A stretch of DNA of 64,000 nt from Balanoglossus misakiensis (Eukaryota; Animalia; Hemichordata). The notes beneath the pieces were generated by a model, which was not told where the DNA came from, ran no database searches, and saw nothing but the letters and a program-made list of their open reading frames with translations. The translations under genes and the position numbers were made by a program. The stretch is from NCBI GenBank assembly GCA_040954595.2, contig CM082577.2, positions 6,907,846-6,971,845 on the forward strand, in the 5' to 3' direction. Shown here in pieces: positions 62,401 through 64,000 of this stretch; the first letter of the stretch is position 1; each line of letters opens with the position of its first letter.

Positions 62401-64000
62401 TGATTCATTGAAGTCAACCACAGCACAGACGTGTGCGTACGACACCCGCAGAAGGTAATGGCCACCTCGGGCGCTCCGGGCCGATAATGGCACAGCGAAT
62501 TGGATCATGTGCCAGGATGCCCGGGGAGCCTCATTCGTTAGCTCCGAAAGCGGGTCGTCTGAGACTCTCCCCGGGCCAGCGAAGCAGTGATTCCTTGAGA
62601 TTTTCCCTGTGGTTGCCGCCGTCGTCGTCGTGTGCACAGTACAGGGCGTAATTGTCTGTTCATTACGCGTCTGAAGATCCTGTGAAACATAATTGCTATT
62701 AAAGTTACCTCTTGTACAACCAGGAAGAAGAAAATTATTTGTTCCTTTTTGGTAAAGGAACAGAGACGGCAAGCGAATTTCTTTTACTGACAACTGAAAT
62801 TCCGCCGCAATAATTCCATTACACAGAAAATTATGTAAAATTACAGAAATACCAGTAGGCACGTGGTATTGAAACTATATAGTTTTCCGCAGATTTACTT
62901 CGTAAGGAAGAAAATATGACAACTAACTGAGAGTTGTCACAATTCAAGCATTTAATTTGGAGGGGGAATACAGAACACCAGCACAGACAGAATTTAAATG
63001 ACGTGGTATTTTAAATTTTAAAAAGTCAAGTTCAAAAGAAGTATAAAAGCGACGATTCCAGCATCTACTGGAATAACCTAAATAGTACGAAGAATCGTAA
63101 TCACAATTTTGCCTATGGACGATTCCATTATTCGTCTGAAATTTTGACAAATTTATGCGGCTGAATATCTAAAACAAGGTTAATTTCACTGCAGTGACTG
63201 ACGTCAAGGAAGGTTTGGGGATATAAAAGAAGGGCAATGAAACGGAGGCTACTCTTTGGCCCTTTCCCCGGGAAAATGAGTGTCTATAAAAAGCCCGGTT
63301 CCAATAATGCGACGACACGAGAGACCTTTGACCTCTCCTGTCGCGCAGTAAATGTCTCGTCTTGATGTATGACCGCAACTCTGACGACCGTGGGGGTTTC
63401 TCCTTGCCCCGAAGAAAAGCTTGTCCGTCTCCAACGACAACGGCCCCGATGTGACCGGTCCCGCCACATCGATCCCGCGCACCGCTGGCAAAACACGTCG
63501 GCTCCCCGAGACGCCTGCGAACTTAATCGACATTTGATGATGAATTCGCCGCGCGCCCGCCCCACGGATGACCGGGTTTTCCCATTTCGGAAGAAAACAC
63601 GACTCCGTCGCCGCGGCTTAAATCGTCATTTGTGACCGTCCACGGGGTAGGGAGAAATCGTAAATCATTAGCCGGAACGGCGGGGGGCACACCGACGTAA
63701 TTTAATCATGCACCTGCCATTCAACCTCTTGCTATGAAATATGGTTTGATTTTTAATAGGCAATTACAAAGATCGTCGTCTATGGACTACGACAGTACAT
63801 TTACAATTTCCCCAAAACTATCATTATGTCAATTTTAACCACAACGCCATTTTCCTCCCCCATTCTGGGAGAACGAATCACTCATTTCGAAAATCGAAAA
63901 CTGTATTACTTTACCCATTCACAACTGACGCCGAAAATGATGAATTTTATAGTGGGTTTTACTGCTGGTTAAATTTCATGAATTTCACCAAAAAAGACAA

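Overview
Eukaryotic, intron-rich, AT-rich genomic DNA from an invertebrate animal; gene content and intron positions suggest a deuterostome-grade marine invertebrate (inference). Five spliced protein-coding genes can be reconstructed by hand with GT-AG introns and continuous reading frames: (1) the last 7 exons of FOXRED2 (+; 5' part outside the window); (2) an unrecognised 157-aa secreted Cys/Trp-rich protein (-); (3) a 1509-aa PALB2 orthologue (+), head-to-head with gene 2 and containing a 3.4-kb exon; (4) a LUC7L/LUC7L2-type U1 snRNP factor (-); (5) a Mist1/dimmed (BHLHA15) bHLH factor (-) alone in a ~22-kb CpG-rich non-coding domain. Between PALB2 and LUC7 lies a ~9.5-kb array of ~107 copies of an 88-bp AT-rich satellite. 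It has higher-order structure, a fold-back inverted cap at its left end, microsatellites on both sides and a diverged relic copy 1.6 kb downstream, possibly all inside a Helentron/HINE-like element. All calls are from reading the sequence and remembered family motifs; no database searches were run.
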